64,000 bases of DNA. Origin: Anthoceros angustus. Lineage: Eukaryota; Plantae; Anthocerotophyta. The translations under genes were made by a program, and so were the position numbers. Positions 11,933 to 23,120 of this stretch are shown here, in pieces. The DNA lies in assembly GCA_010909165.1 (NCBI GenBank), contig VJWM01000119.1:124001-188000 (forward strand). Direction: 5' to 3'. How positions within the stretch are numbered: position 1 is the stretch's first letter; every line of letters starts with the position of its first letter. The notes beneath the pieces were generated by a model, which was given only the letters and a program-made list of their open reading frames with translations, searched no databases and was not told where the DNA came from.

Positions 11933-12579
11933 TCAATACCCTCCCTTGAGGTCATTGACCACATCATAGGGGATCGGCGTGACAGTCTCCAGGGTAGCTC
12001 CCTCCAGAACAAACCCTGGCTTGGGTCCCGCAGGCTGCCTCTTGGTGGAAATCCTCCTCTCCCCCTTGGCCTTGGCTTCGGCCTTGAGAAGGTCATTCCT
12101 CTTCCGCCTCTCGATGAACTCCTCCCTGCACCGGGATGGCTGAACGTGCTCGATGCGAACATGAATTCGCTTGTTGATGATCCTATTTCCAACCTGCAAA
12201 CACACATGCCGTTCCTCCAAGGTCACTGGAACTTGCAGGCAGAAGATGCCAGCACAAGCAAAATCAGGAAGCAAATTTCCAAACCTCCGGCCACAAAGCC
12301 CTAATACATCGATCTTGCAAAGGCGAAGCTGAAAACACGAACCTGCTTGTTGACGACCACGCCTATGGCACGCTTGGTGACGTTCCACACGTATCCAGTG
12401 CGGCCGTGGTAGAACTTGTGTGGCATGCCCTTGTGCACAGCTCCATTCACCTTGATGTCGACATAGTCGCCGATCTTGTAGTTGCGAAGGTAGGTGGTAA
12501 GCGGGATGTAACCCTTGTGCCTGAAGGGCCGCGAGAAGAGGTCCCGCGTCCGCGACCGCACTCCGTGACCAGCCGGCAT
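11933..12579 (-). CDS. RPL21: Cytosolic 60S ribosomal protein eL21; exons 12579-12343 and 12193-11933
   Basis: Reads [23 protein letters not shown]...[13 protein letters not shown]...VVNKQ|[16 protein letters not shown]...[10 protein letters not shown]. Confidence 0.97.
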
Positions 12580-12659
12580 GGTTGCTGCTCTCCTTCCGCG
12601 TCCGCCAACCGCAGCTGCTTCTCTTGAAAAGAAGCAGGCTGGAGGTCACTCTGCCGTCA

Positions 12660-12700
12660 TATACTGCTAGGGTTCAGGGGATATGCATATTCATCTGGGC
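12660..12700. promoter_or_regulatory. Telo-box-like and site II-like motifs in the RPL21/TrpRS divergent promoter
   Basis: tagggtt (AACCCTA on the minus strand) at ~12668 and tgggct at ~12696. These motifs are typical of plant translation-gene promoters. Confidence 0.35.
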
Positions 12701-12884
12701 TTTGCTCGTTTTGGCAGATTTGCCCACCATGCCCTAACCAGAGGGGTTCATTTGTTCATTTTTGCTTTCGCCAGTTTTGCCATTTGCGCCAAGCAGGCCC
12801 TAATTCGACAGGAATATCGCCATATTCTGCCCTTTCTACGTTTGGCTTCTCAGAGGATCGTCGGTTCAGCCACATGCAGGCACG

Positions 12885-15235
12885 ATGGGCCAAAATGGAG
12901 TCGAATCTGAGGATGCAAAACCGCATTCAGAGAAGCAGGCAGCGGAGGTGAAAAAGCAAGAGGAGACGGAAGCTGAGCAGGTGGTGACGCCATGGGAGGT
13001 ATCGAGTAAAGCCGGGGGCATTGATTATGACAAGCTCATTCAGCAATTCGGTTGCCAGAAGCTGGAGCCTTCTCTGGTGGAAAGAATTGAGAAGGTTACC
13101 GGACAGCCCGCCCATCCCTTTCTCCGCCGGGGTGCGTTTTTTGCTCACAGGTTGGCTGAATTCCCTCTCCAAATTTGCTAGAATTCGACTACAGTTTATG
13201 GGAATGCTTTGAGTTCTGACGGGGTTGTGGAATCGTGCATCTTTCTTAGAGAATTGGACAAAATCCTAGATGCTTACGAGAAAGGGGAAAAGTTTTACCT
13301 CTACACCGGTAGGGGCCCCTCCTCGGAGGCGCTACATCTGGGTCATCTAGTGCCCTTTTTGTTTACCAAGTAGGTGTGACTTCAACCCAGCTCACCGTGT
13401 CTCTGTTTAATGAGTGTACACCATGGAATGTGATGGACTGCGGTGGACTGCATTGTCCTCGAGCTTCGTGCATGAGTTTAAGTCGACTGCGATTTCGTTC
13501 TTATGATGCTCAGGAGCTGGTTCCTTGCAGGTACTTGCAAGATGTCTTCAAGGTGCCCCTGGTTGTGCAGCTTACGGACGATGAGAAGTTTTTCTGGAAG
13601 GATTTGACGATTGAAGAGAGCAAACGTTTGGCGCGAGAGAATGCCAAAGATATAATTGCATGTGGCTTTGATGTGAAGAGGACGTTCATCTTCACTGATT
13701 TTGATTATGTTGGCGGGTAAGTGAAGGTTGCTGCTCTCGACCACCGATCCTTGAGTTGTTGGACAACTTCCTTTCTTTTAACAAATGATTTTCAACTGCC
13801 TCAGCGCCTTCTATGAGAACATGTGCCTGGTTGCGAAAGCGGTGACATACAATCAGGTATACGGTAGCTCTGTGTTTTAATAAATCACGGCTCAGTCTGA
13901 TCGGCCTGCTTTATCTGTTTGTGTCAACTTCAGTGACCTGAGCAAGTGTACAGTTTCCGTTGGCAGGTCCGAGGGATATTTGGTTTTGTTGGTGAAGACC
14001 ACATTGGCAAATCGAGTTTCCCACCCGTCCAGGTGAGACGTCTGTTCCCATGTTTCAGATTCTTTGCGTGGCGTGCATTTCAAGGAGCACCCAGTCTGTT
14101 TGTCTTAGCATCCGCTTATTGTCTGTTGCAGGCTGTTCCATCATTTCCTACATCGTTCCCACAGCTTTTTGGGAGGCAAAATAAGAAGAGTGTCCGCTGT
14201 CTAATACCTTGTGCGATAGATCAGGTTATTACCTCCTCCCGTCTTTGATGCTGAAGACTTTCAGTCCGGGAAGCCTCTTTGACCTTTTTCCGTTTTGTAC
14301 AATGTGTAGGATCCCTATTTCCGCATGACACGAGATGTTGCCCCACGTCTTGGATTTCATAAACCAGCTCTTGTGGAATCAAGGTTTTTCCCGTCTTTAC
14401 AGGTAACCATCAGCAGGTGCTTGTTGCAGAATCAAACACATTTGTAGCAAGAGTTTCTGTTTGTTTCTGAAGGATGTGTGCTGCATTTTGGTCTAAATCT
14501 TTGGCAGCTTTTGCTGTAGGGGGAGAGCACAAAAATGTCAGCCAGTGACGCCAATTCAGCCATTTATGTCACAGATACTCCAAAACAGATCAAAACAAAG
14601 GTGATAGTGTGCTACTGCGATCCTCTAGGTGCTTTGCAATGATATCTTAGCTTGTCTGCGCTAATACTTGGTGATTTCAGATCAATAGGTATGCCTTCTC
14701 TGGGGGAGGAGACACCATTGAGAAGCATCGTGAGTTTGGAGCAAACTTGGAGGTTAGCATTACTGATTATTACAGGTAAGCAGCAACTGTGTGGTTGTAG
14801 CTTTCCATTGACAAGTTGATTGAACATTCCATGCAGGTCGATGTGTCAGTGAAGTATCTCTCCTTCTTTCTCAACGATGATGCAAAGCTTGAAAAAATTA
14901 AGGAGGTGACTCTTGCTTTTCTCAAATACTCGTCTCCCCCCTCTCTAGGCATCTGTTTGGACTTACAGTGCCTTCCTGCTTGCACACACAGGAATATGGA
15001 GCAGGCAAAATGTTGACGGGTGAGGTGAAGAAGGAATTGATTGAGGTCCTGACAGACCTCGTCGAGAACCATCGCAAAGCCCGTGCTGCAGTGACCGACG
15101 AGGTAAGACCTCCTCCCCGGGCATTGACAGTATACCATTTAGACAACGCCTGGCACTGACTTAACTGCTTCTTATTGTTTGCAGATTGTGGACGAGTTCA
15201 TGAGAGTCAGAGAACTGCCTCATATGTTTGGATGA
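12885..15235 (+). CDS. TrpRS: Cytosolic tryptophanyl-tRNA synthetase, multi-exon
   Basis: Contains [59 protein letters not shown] and KMSAS. It ends [16 protein letters not shown]. Confidence 0.96.
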
Positions 15236-16222
15236 AGAAGAATCGCTGGCAATCGGACAACAAGCAATACTTATTTGCACTCAAATATGCGCAACCTGTG
15301 ATGCACTACAAATTGTAGTACATTTCGGAAACACATAGCTGCTGGTGGTACCCGCACATTATGGGACACTGCCACTTGTAGTGCAGTTGGTATGGAACTA
15401 GGCGATGGAACGGAAGTTGGTTAGTTGGGACCAGCTTACCATTTGTTACTATTAATTGGCAATTAAACAGTATGCCGAGATCCTGCGCGATGTTCCAGGA
15501 CGGCACGCTTCTTGCTGGAGACTGGTGGACACACGAGGCACGTAGTTGCTGTCCCCTATGGAAAGGTCTCCACGTCCCAAGTCATAGTAGACTTCAACAC
15601 ATACCTTCCCAACGACAAAGGTGCTTGGTAATGTCTGCCAGTCTCGGGTGGAGCGGTCACGCAGGTGCGATCTTTGTGTGGACTAGGGAACTCATGGAAG
15701 AGGAAGAAGAAAAAGCAGTGTCCAGATTCTCAGGAACATGGTCAACAACTTGGAACTACAATGCATATAGCAAGATTCCAGCTCTCACAGCAAAGGGATT
15801 TTACCAGCTTTGCCTTGAGAACTTCCAGTCTAAGCATAGTGCAGCGTCTAATCTGGCAGCCAGGATACTTCGAGTAGAAAACCCCTAAACTACGGAAACA
15901 GAAAACGAGCAAGAACGTCGAGTCTCTCCTTTCACCTGTTCTAGTACAGTTTGTGCAGCACAGCACACTTATTCCCTCCCCTTCAGTCCCTATAATACAC
16001 CTTAACTCCAGTCTTTGCTACTCTTCAGAGGGCATCCCATCGTCTGGATGGGACACCCTCCATGTAGCCTGACAATTCCAAGACCAACCCCCAAGACCAC
16101 CCACCTGATTTTGGCTGCCGGTGGGAGTGACCGAGGGACTGCAACTCCTCCCGGCAAGCAAAATCACATCGGACTGTCAAGAAATCCAAGACCCATCTGC
16201 GATACCAAACAGTAGAAGTTCT

Positions 16223-18817
16223 TCACCTGCCCTGGGGATTTACCAACTGCGAGAACACCGCACTGGAGTTCACATCTTCGGAGTCGACTTGGCTTCCCAG
16301 GCTCTGACTGTCGGTGGTGTTGGTGACATCGGAGCTGCCCAGCCCACCTGGGCGAAGGGGCAGCTCCATGCTGCGATTCACGCTGTCTTCCATGAGATGG
16401 TTCTCAATGGAGGTCTCCTGGAGCTGAAGGGCATACTCGAGGTTCCACAGCACGTCTCCCATGGAGGGCCTGTCAATGCCCTGCTCTTGCAGGCACTTTT
16501 CAGCGATTTCTCCAAACTTCTTCAGCGACTCCGGGTTGCAGTAACCCTTCAGCTTGGGATCGATGATCTGATCCAGCATCCCCAATCTCTGCCAATGCAT
16601 GGCCCACTCAGCCATGTTCACCTGCTCCCGGGGGAGTGCAGGATTGATGGCCGGCCTAGCACAAAGCACCTCCATCAGCACAACACCGAATGAGTAGACA
16701 TCGCTCTTCTCTGTCAGCTGCTGCCTCCGGAAGTACTCAGGGTCCAGGTAGCCAAAACTTCCCTTCACAGCAGTGCTCACGTGAGTGCGGTCCAAGGTAG
16801 GCCCAGTTTTGGACAGCCCGAAATCCGCAACCTTGGCCACAAAGTTCTCATCCAGGAGGATATTAGTAGTCTTCACGTCCCTGTGGATGATGCCCTGGTC
16901 TGCACCAGTGTGGAGATAATGCAGGCCCCTGGCAGCACCGATGCAAATCTCCAGCCTCTGCCGCCAGGAGAGAGCCGGGAGCTCGGACCCGTACAGATGA
17001 CCCCGAAGAGGCCCGTTGGCCATATAGTCGTACACTAGGATCATCTCCGAGTGCTCCTCGCAGTACCCAATAAGGGACACCAGATGTCGGTGCCTCAGCT
17101 TGGAGAGCATCTCGATTTCAGTCTGGAACTCAGTCAGCCCCTGCTCCGACCGAGGGTTGCCCCTCTTCACCGCCACCTTGGTGCCATCCTCGATCTGCCC
17201 CCTGTACACCTTCCCGAACCCACCAACTCCCAGCAGCAGCATCTCGTCGAAGTTGTTGGTTGCCTCCAGCAGCTCTGCGAAGGTGAAATACCGACCCAGG
17301 TTGGACGGCACAGACGACACATAGCTCCCAGTTCCACTCTTCAGTGACAGAGTGGACACCTTGCTGGCAGTACTGGCAGAGTTGCCTCCATGAGAAGCCA
17401 GCGGCAGCCATGCCGGACTGCTGTCATCCTTGTCCTTCTTCCCCTTCCTTGCACGGTAGCAAAGCAGGGCCACCACCCCCAGCACCACCAAAACCGCCAC
17501 AGCCCCAACCACCGCTCCAACCACAGGCAAGGCACTACTACTTTTACTCTTGCTGCCAGGAACCACATCAACCGGCGGAACGATTGCAACACCAGCACCT
17601 GCCAAGCTCGACCCGGAGTTGTTCAGCTTCAAGATCTCAAGGCCGTTAAGAATAGCGTCGTATGTCTGCTGGTTGGTCCCGGTTGGCCCAATCTGCACCC
17701 ACAATATCGGATCCGTCCCAGTGAGCATGTTAACAAGATAATCCATGTAATATGCCGTGTCGGGAACAGTCAGCTGCTGAATGAGATCCAAGTTCATCGT
17801 GGCAGTAGCATTGTTAAGGAACACATTGAAAACCCGCTGATTGGGGGCACTGTACTCAATCTCCGCGAAATGCAAACGCACATAGTAGTAAAACCCTAAG
17901 TCGACCGGGAAGATCCAGCTGATGTTCACTCTCGAGGTCACCTGTAAGCCAATGGTGCGGGCCGTGCTGTAAACCGACCTCGGAGCAGTGTACTCTGGCA
18001 GATTGGCAGGGTAAATAATGTCACCAGGAGCAGCCGGAGTAGGAACAGCACCCCTAGCCGCACCCCAAAGGTACCCATCATCCGCCTCCCAGATCCTGCT
18101 CAGACTGGAGTCCTGAGCAGGACCCACTCTCTGCCCTCCCACATTCAGCCTATACATCGTCTGTAAACCGAACCCCGGGACGCCGATCTCCACCTGGCGT
18201 AGCCCATAGCTCGCATCGTCCCCATACAAGGCCGGAGAGGGCATGGACACCAGCTCCAATGCGTTCACGAAAGCATAAGACCCCGCAACCGGATCGAAGA
18301 TGACGCTGAAGCTGGTCCCGGAAACGTTGAACGAATACTCCTTGAACACAAGCGGGCTGCTGCTCCCACTCGCCGCCACCCCACTGAAGTTGGAGAGCAG
18401 CAGGTACTGGTCCGTGCTCACGGAGAAGAGGGACTTGGCCGGATCGAACACCCCAGAAGCGAAGGCCACGAAATGCAGGCGCAGCCAGTACCTCCCGGGG
18501 ACCACCGTGAAGGAGTAGGACGCCCTGGCGGTAAAGAACCGGGCGGTCTGGTAGAGCACTGGATCCAGCGTGTTGCTCAGCAGGCCCGAGGAGTTGGCGG
18601 AAGCGGCCCCGATCTGGCCCGAGCTCACGTACTTGGTGCCCACGTCCCCGGTCCAGACGAACCCGGTGCTGGCGTTGGTCGTCCCGGTAGCCCCGCAGTC
18701 CAGCAGCACGCTGGTGGCCGTGAAGGTCCCCGCCGCATCAACCTTCCCGATCGCGAGCAGGAGAAGGAGCGGAAACAGCAGAAGCAGCAGGACAGCGCAT
18801 TTTCTTGGCCCCGCCAT
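16223..18817 (-). CDS. THE1: CrRLK1L malectin-like receptor kinase, THESEUS1-like, single exon, 864 aa
   Basis: Signal peptide, then LDCGA, WLRLHF, YRLNVGG and VRLHFAEI in the ectodomain, then a TM helix. The kinase has VAVKRGNPRSEQG, HRDVKTTN and DFG, and the protein ends SSAVFSQLVNPQGR. Confidence 0.93.
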   Translation of the reverse strand: MAGPRKCAVLLLLLFPLLLLLAIGKVDAAGTFTATSVLLDCGATGTTNASTGFVWTGDVGTKYVSSGQIGAASANSSGLLSNTLDPVLYQTARFFTARASYSFTVVPGRYWLRLHFVAFASGVFDPAKSLFSVSTDQYLLLSNFSGVAASGSSSPLVFKEYSFNVSGTSFSVIFDPVAGSYAFVNALELVSMPSPALYGDDASYGLRQVEIGVPGFGLQTMYRLNVGGQRVGPAQDSSLSRIWEADDGYLWGAARGAVPTPAAPGDIIYPANLPEYTAPRSVYSTARTIGLQVTSRVNISWIFPVDLGFYYYVRLHFAEIEYSAPNQRVFNVFLNNATATMNLDLIQQLTVPDTAYYMDYLVNMLTGTDPILWVQIGPTGTNQQTYDAILNGLEILKLNNSGSSLAGAGVAIVPPVDVVPGSKSKSSSALPVVGAVVGAVAVLVVLGVVALLCYRARKGKKDKDDSSPAWLPLASHGGNSASTASKVSTLSLKSGTGSYVSSVPSNLGRYFTFAELLEATNNFDEMLLLGVGGFGKVYRGQIEDGTKVAVKRGNPRSEQGLTEFQTEIEMLSKLRHRHLVSLIGYCEEHSEMILVYDYMANGPLRGHLYGSELPALSWRQRLEICIGAARGLHYLHTGADQGIIHRDVKTTNILLDENFVAKVADFGLSKTGPTLDRTHVSTAVKGSFGYLDPEYFRRQQLTEKSDVYSFGVVLMEVLCARPAINPALPREQVNMAEWAMHWQRLGMLDQIIDPKLKGYCNPESLKKFGEIAEKCLQEQGIDRPSMGDVLWNLEYALQLQETSIENHLMEDSVNRSMELPLRPGGLGSSDVTNTTDSQSLGSQVDSEDVNSSAVFSQLVNPQGR

Positions 18818-19138
18818 GGCCAGCTCCTCGCAAGCTCAAGCGCTCCCGCCTTCGATGCCCCGCGTCTCGAATCGCCCAAGATCCACACCCCGGCAATGCA
18901 GAGCGGAGAGGGAGGCGATCATGAATATCAGGGCCTGCAATGCGTGAGCGGGAGCTGGCAAGCCCTCACTGGGATCAGGCGCCCACCACGGCCCAGCAGG
19001 CTGCAGCTGGTCGCAGGGTTGCTGCTGCCGCTGCGGGGAAGGCTGGTTCCTGACAGCCCATCACCAGGACGGCCAGCCTGGCTCGGCGCCAACTCGGGTC
19101 AGCTTCACACCCAACTTGCCATACTGTTTGACCTATGA

Positions 19139-20720
19139 ACACATATATAGACTTCAAACATTAAAACTGTCGATAATACTTTTTGGAGAACTTTTATATT
19201 TGCATATCGTCGATATTTTTTAAGCAATATTTGTTAAACTAATGGTTACCAATGAACAAAATAATATAAAATATAAAAACTTACAAAACATCCTCTCCAC
19301 ACTACAGAAGTTATATTATTTGGATTTAATGATGAACTTTGTTTTCAAAGGAGGTATTTGTTGGTACGATAAGACCATCTACACTAGTTTTTATTATTAG
19401 CACAGGCAGTTCCGTATATTATTAGCACAGGCAGGCAATTAGTTCTGTCGAACTGAGGTCCATTCAGTACAGTTCAATTCGTCGAATTTTGTGTCAGTTA
19501 AACAATTCAATTTTGATTACATCAACTCAGTAGGATTTTCGAACTAAACAATCCGGTGAACTGTTGTTAGCGAAAAGCGAATTGTGACTTCTCGGATAGG
19601 TATATATAACTGAGAAAAATTTAGCTCTCAACTGAACAAGATGCCATACAATAGCTTGATTTAATCAACAAGATGTCATATAATGGCTCGATTTAATTCT
19701 GATTATCAAATCGTATCATTGGATGGTATCGCCCAACATCGGCCCTAGGGCTGATTTCCGAGTCATGTCTCATCAATGATTCCTCTCATAAGTAGTAATC
19801 GTACTTGTGGTAAAATGGGAAGCCAGCTTCACCTTCCTAGTAGTGGCTTGAGCCAAGCCCAGCTAAGTCTTGAAAACAACACGCAAGCTCGAGGGTGAGT
19901 TGAAACATAAGATCAAAATTTTTGTATGAAAAGTGATTAACTACGGTGACTAGTAAAAGCAAAATATATAATACGTTTTCTTTCACCTCAGTTCGTATGA
20001 ACTGGGAGGAACTCAACCCGTAGCTAATTATTACTTGGTGCATCAACGCATTGTCAGAAACTGGTTGCCATTGGTTGCCATAATAGATTGTGTCTGTGCG
20101 CTAGTTCGAGCTGAGTTCAATGCTGACTTGGCCTGGAAGTGACTCTAACTGGGATTCCAAACTCTGAGTCCATATAGGTCCTAAGAGAAGTCTCAAACAC
20201 CTGACTATATTCTTAATTGAATAGATGCAATATTTATATTTTGTGAATATAATTTTAGATTATAAATTTTTAAAATACATCAGTTTTTTGTCAAAAAGGC
20301 CACAATACAAATCCTAACTAGTCCTCCCTCATGGAGATGAAAAAAAACGGATCATGACATCCTTGGCAAGATGGATTATTTATATTCCACTTAATTTAGA
20401 GGGGTATGAAGGGTGAACGTTACTACATGTCAGGTATGTTAGTGAGGGTTGGAACGAATTTAAAACAATTAGCTTATATCATGGGGGCTGAAGGAGCTTA
20501 CAACAATGAGGTGTATATTAAGGGCTCAAGGGTCTTACAACACCTAAAATATGTTCAAGAGAGGCCACGGGAATCCAAGAACCTTACAACAACAAGTGTA
20601 TATTATGGGCTTGTCCTGTAGTAGCATGGTTCCAGGAGGTGCATGGTCTAGCCATCGCGGCATACGGGCAAGGGTATGCATTTGTAGAGTGGTTGTATCT
20701 ATACGGCCTACCGTCCTACC
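19139..20720. repeat. Duplicated AT-rich block A (copy of 23121-24420), with an extra ~0.8-kb segment at about 19392-20180
   Basis: acacatatat..., catcctctccac, aatgatgaacttt, caaatcctaactagtcctccctc, ggcaagatgg and ggagcttacaacaatgag all recur in the same order in block B. Confidence 0.85.
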
Positions 20721-20920
20721 TACCAACTCGGATTAGCTTCACACTCAACTCGCCACACTGTTTGACCGAGTCTTTTATAATGTTTATTTTTTTAATTTTA
20801 ATAAAATAATATTAAATTATGAAGTCTTGACCGTCAAACTTTCATGCCACCATGTGTTGACTACAATCTCCTTCAACCTTTAACAAAGTTTGGTAAGACA
20901 ATGCTCCATTCAGTCTAATC

Positions 20921-21170
20921 CACCCTCTGCTTCATTCAGTCACCCTCTACTTCATTCAATCACCCTATGCTTCATTGACTCACCCTCTACTTCATTCACT
21001 CACCCGCTGCTTCATTCAATCACCCTTTGCTTCATTCAGACACCCTCTGCTTCATTCAGTCACCCTCTGTTTCATTCACTCACCCTCTGCTCCATTCACT
21101 CACCCTCTGCTCCATTCACTCACCCTCTGCTCCTTTCACTCACCCTCTGCTCCATTCACTCACCCTCTCC
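20921..21170. repeat. Minisatellite, 20-bp unit x about 12.5 (caccctctgcttcattcact)
   Basis: The unit recurs every 20 bp from 20921 to 21161 with few substitutions. Confidence 0.97.
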
Positions 21171-23087
21171 TGGACCGCCATAAGCCATCCAGGGCCAATC
21201 CTCGTCATTGTTGCTGTCGCCTCTGTTACGATATACACAGTCAAAAAATCTGCTATCGGTGTCACCTTTTTGGTTAACATATGCGTAGTAGAGAACATCT
21301 TGGTCAAAATATCCAAGCGATTTGAAATATGCTCCGTTTAGCTCGTCTAGGCTACCAAAGACGCCGCTTCCCATTTCTGCTGATTCAGGCCCTGGTGCAT
21401 ATCGTACAACTTCTCCTCCCCATGAAATTTGGTCAGCCAGTCCGTAATAAAATTGACCGTTTACTCCAAATGTAGCTCTTGGATAGTATCCAATAACCTC
21501 ATTGTTAACATACAAATACCAGTCACCGTATATGTTCTGTGAAGGATCATTGGTGTTGACTTTCCTTACACTGATTTGTATACTTTCTTGCCCATCACGA
21601 TCTACCGCTTGGACAACTCCACCAACAGGAAAGGATGTATCTGTAAGAATGAATCCTTCACATTCCAAATTGTAACATCCTCCACCATCATAAAAGTTTG
21701 ACTGAACATCCCACATACTATCAAGTTAGCTTGTGTATCATTCTTGATCAGAGAGAAGGTCGTTTACAAGAAATAGATTACCGTAAAGTATATGAAAAAG
21801 TGAGTTAAATCTTGATCGGGACCTTGATTGAAAGAAGGAGCAACCTGAAAAGAGGCAATGTAAGGTCATATTTCATATACGCAATCAAACAGACAAGGTC
21901 ACATGTATCTGAATCCAAGACCTGATCTGGAAGCAATATGATTTTGGAAATGTGAGACCACATTTTATGCATGAAGAAAGTGAAATAAGTTGTACGTAAA
22001 TTACATACAATACATGCATGCTTTGAACTTACATGCCAACCAACTTCGATTGTGTTCACAAATTCTCCATGACCTCCAACAACCCACATTTGTCCTAGTG
22101 AGAAGTCTCCCCATTGGTCTTCTGGTACTGCCGGTTGATAAATATTCATGGTACCCGATCCTCCATAAGCCGACGTATGACTTGATGAGAATGGTCCGAT
22201 TGCATCGACACTAGAATGCTGTAAAAACCACACGATATATTACAGTGAATACTTCCAAGGTAACAATATAAACCCATAATGAGGCAAATATTAGTTGAAA
22301 GAATACAGATCAACAAGACATATGCATACCCAACGTTTATCAACCGGCACGGCATCAATGTGTTCTTGAGATGAATGACTTTTGTTTCCAAAGTCACTCT
22401 TGAAAGATCTTCCTCTCTTCATTTGTCGTTGCAATTTCAAATCAATCGGAATTGTCCGGTTTACTCGTTGAATTGGAACAGTTCCTTGTGGACAACTCCC
22501 AATCTCTTGCTGGAAGAGTGAAGGTTTTTCCATCAAGTTTAAACCTTTCATGCCTCCAATTTTCAGAGAAGCAATATCCGATAAAGAAGTAACATTATGG
22601 TATTCTAATTTTTTCTGCATCACATAATGCACATTAACTCCTCATACATGAAGTCTTTAGTTGAGACTCAATACCTCAAATACTACATATATTAAATACG
22701 CATAAAGTATTTTATATCTATTTTTCTTACCCGATGATGTTCTCGTAGTATTGGGTTTTGCATGCTCAACTGATCTTCAAATTTTACGCAATCAATGATG
22801 CTTCCTGAAGAAAGCTAAACACATTCAAGTCCTCCACAAGTTAGGAAACAACATATGAAAATGATCCAATAAATACCAAATTTCTTTCATGTACACCCAT
22901 GACACATGAACATACTTACCGTGTACGATACAACATATGGTCGATTAATCGACTCCAAATCATTGCTCGCACTAACTAGCATAGAACGTCGCATTTCAAC
23001 TTGGCCATTACCTGGCGTAGTGTTTCCATGTCCAACTACAAATAGAATTGACAAAATAATACAATAAAACATCAACATGTTCTCCAT
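21156..23087 (-). CDS. Secreted neprosin-family glutamic peptidase (signal peptide + Neprosin_AP + Neprosin/DUF239), about 6 exons
   Basis: Signal MENMLMFYCIILSILFVVGHG; pro-domain IIDCVKFEDQLSMQNP and CPQGTVPIQR; catalytic domain YGGSGTMNIY, FSLGQMW, NTIEVGW, FFIYFT, GCYNLECEGF, WGGEV, MGSG and YGGPG. GT-AG boundaries found. Confidence 0.85.
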
Positions 23088-23120
23088 TAACAACAGAATA
23101 TTTTTTTTCAACATGGAGTG

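Noticed and set aside
15472-15888. 138-aa ORF between TrpRS and the CrRLK1L 3' end
   Set aside because: No ATG-led domain or homology signal; probably UTR or intergenic.
20921-21170. Repeat arrays here and at 42711-42941 considered as CRISPR-like
   Set aside because: The units are contiguous with no unique spacers, there are no cas genes, and the context is eukaryotic.
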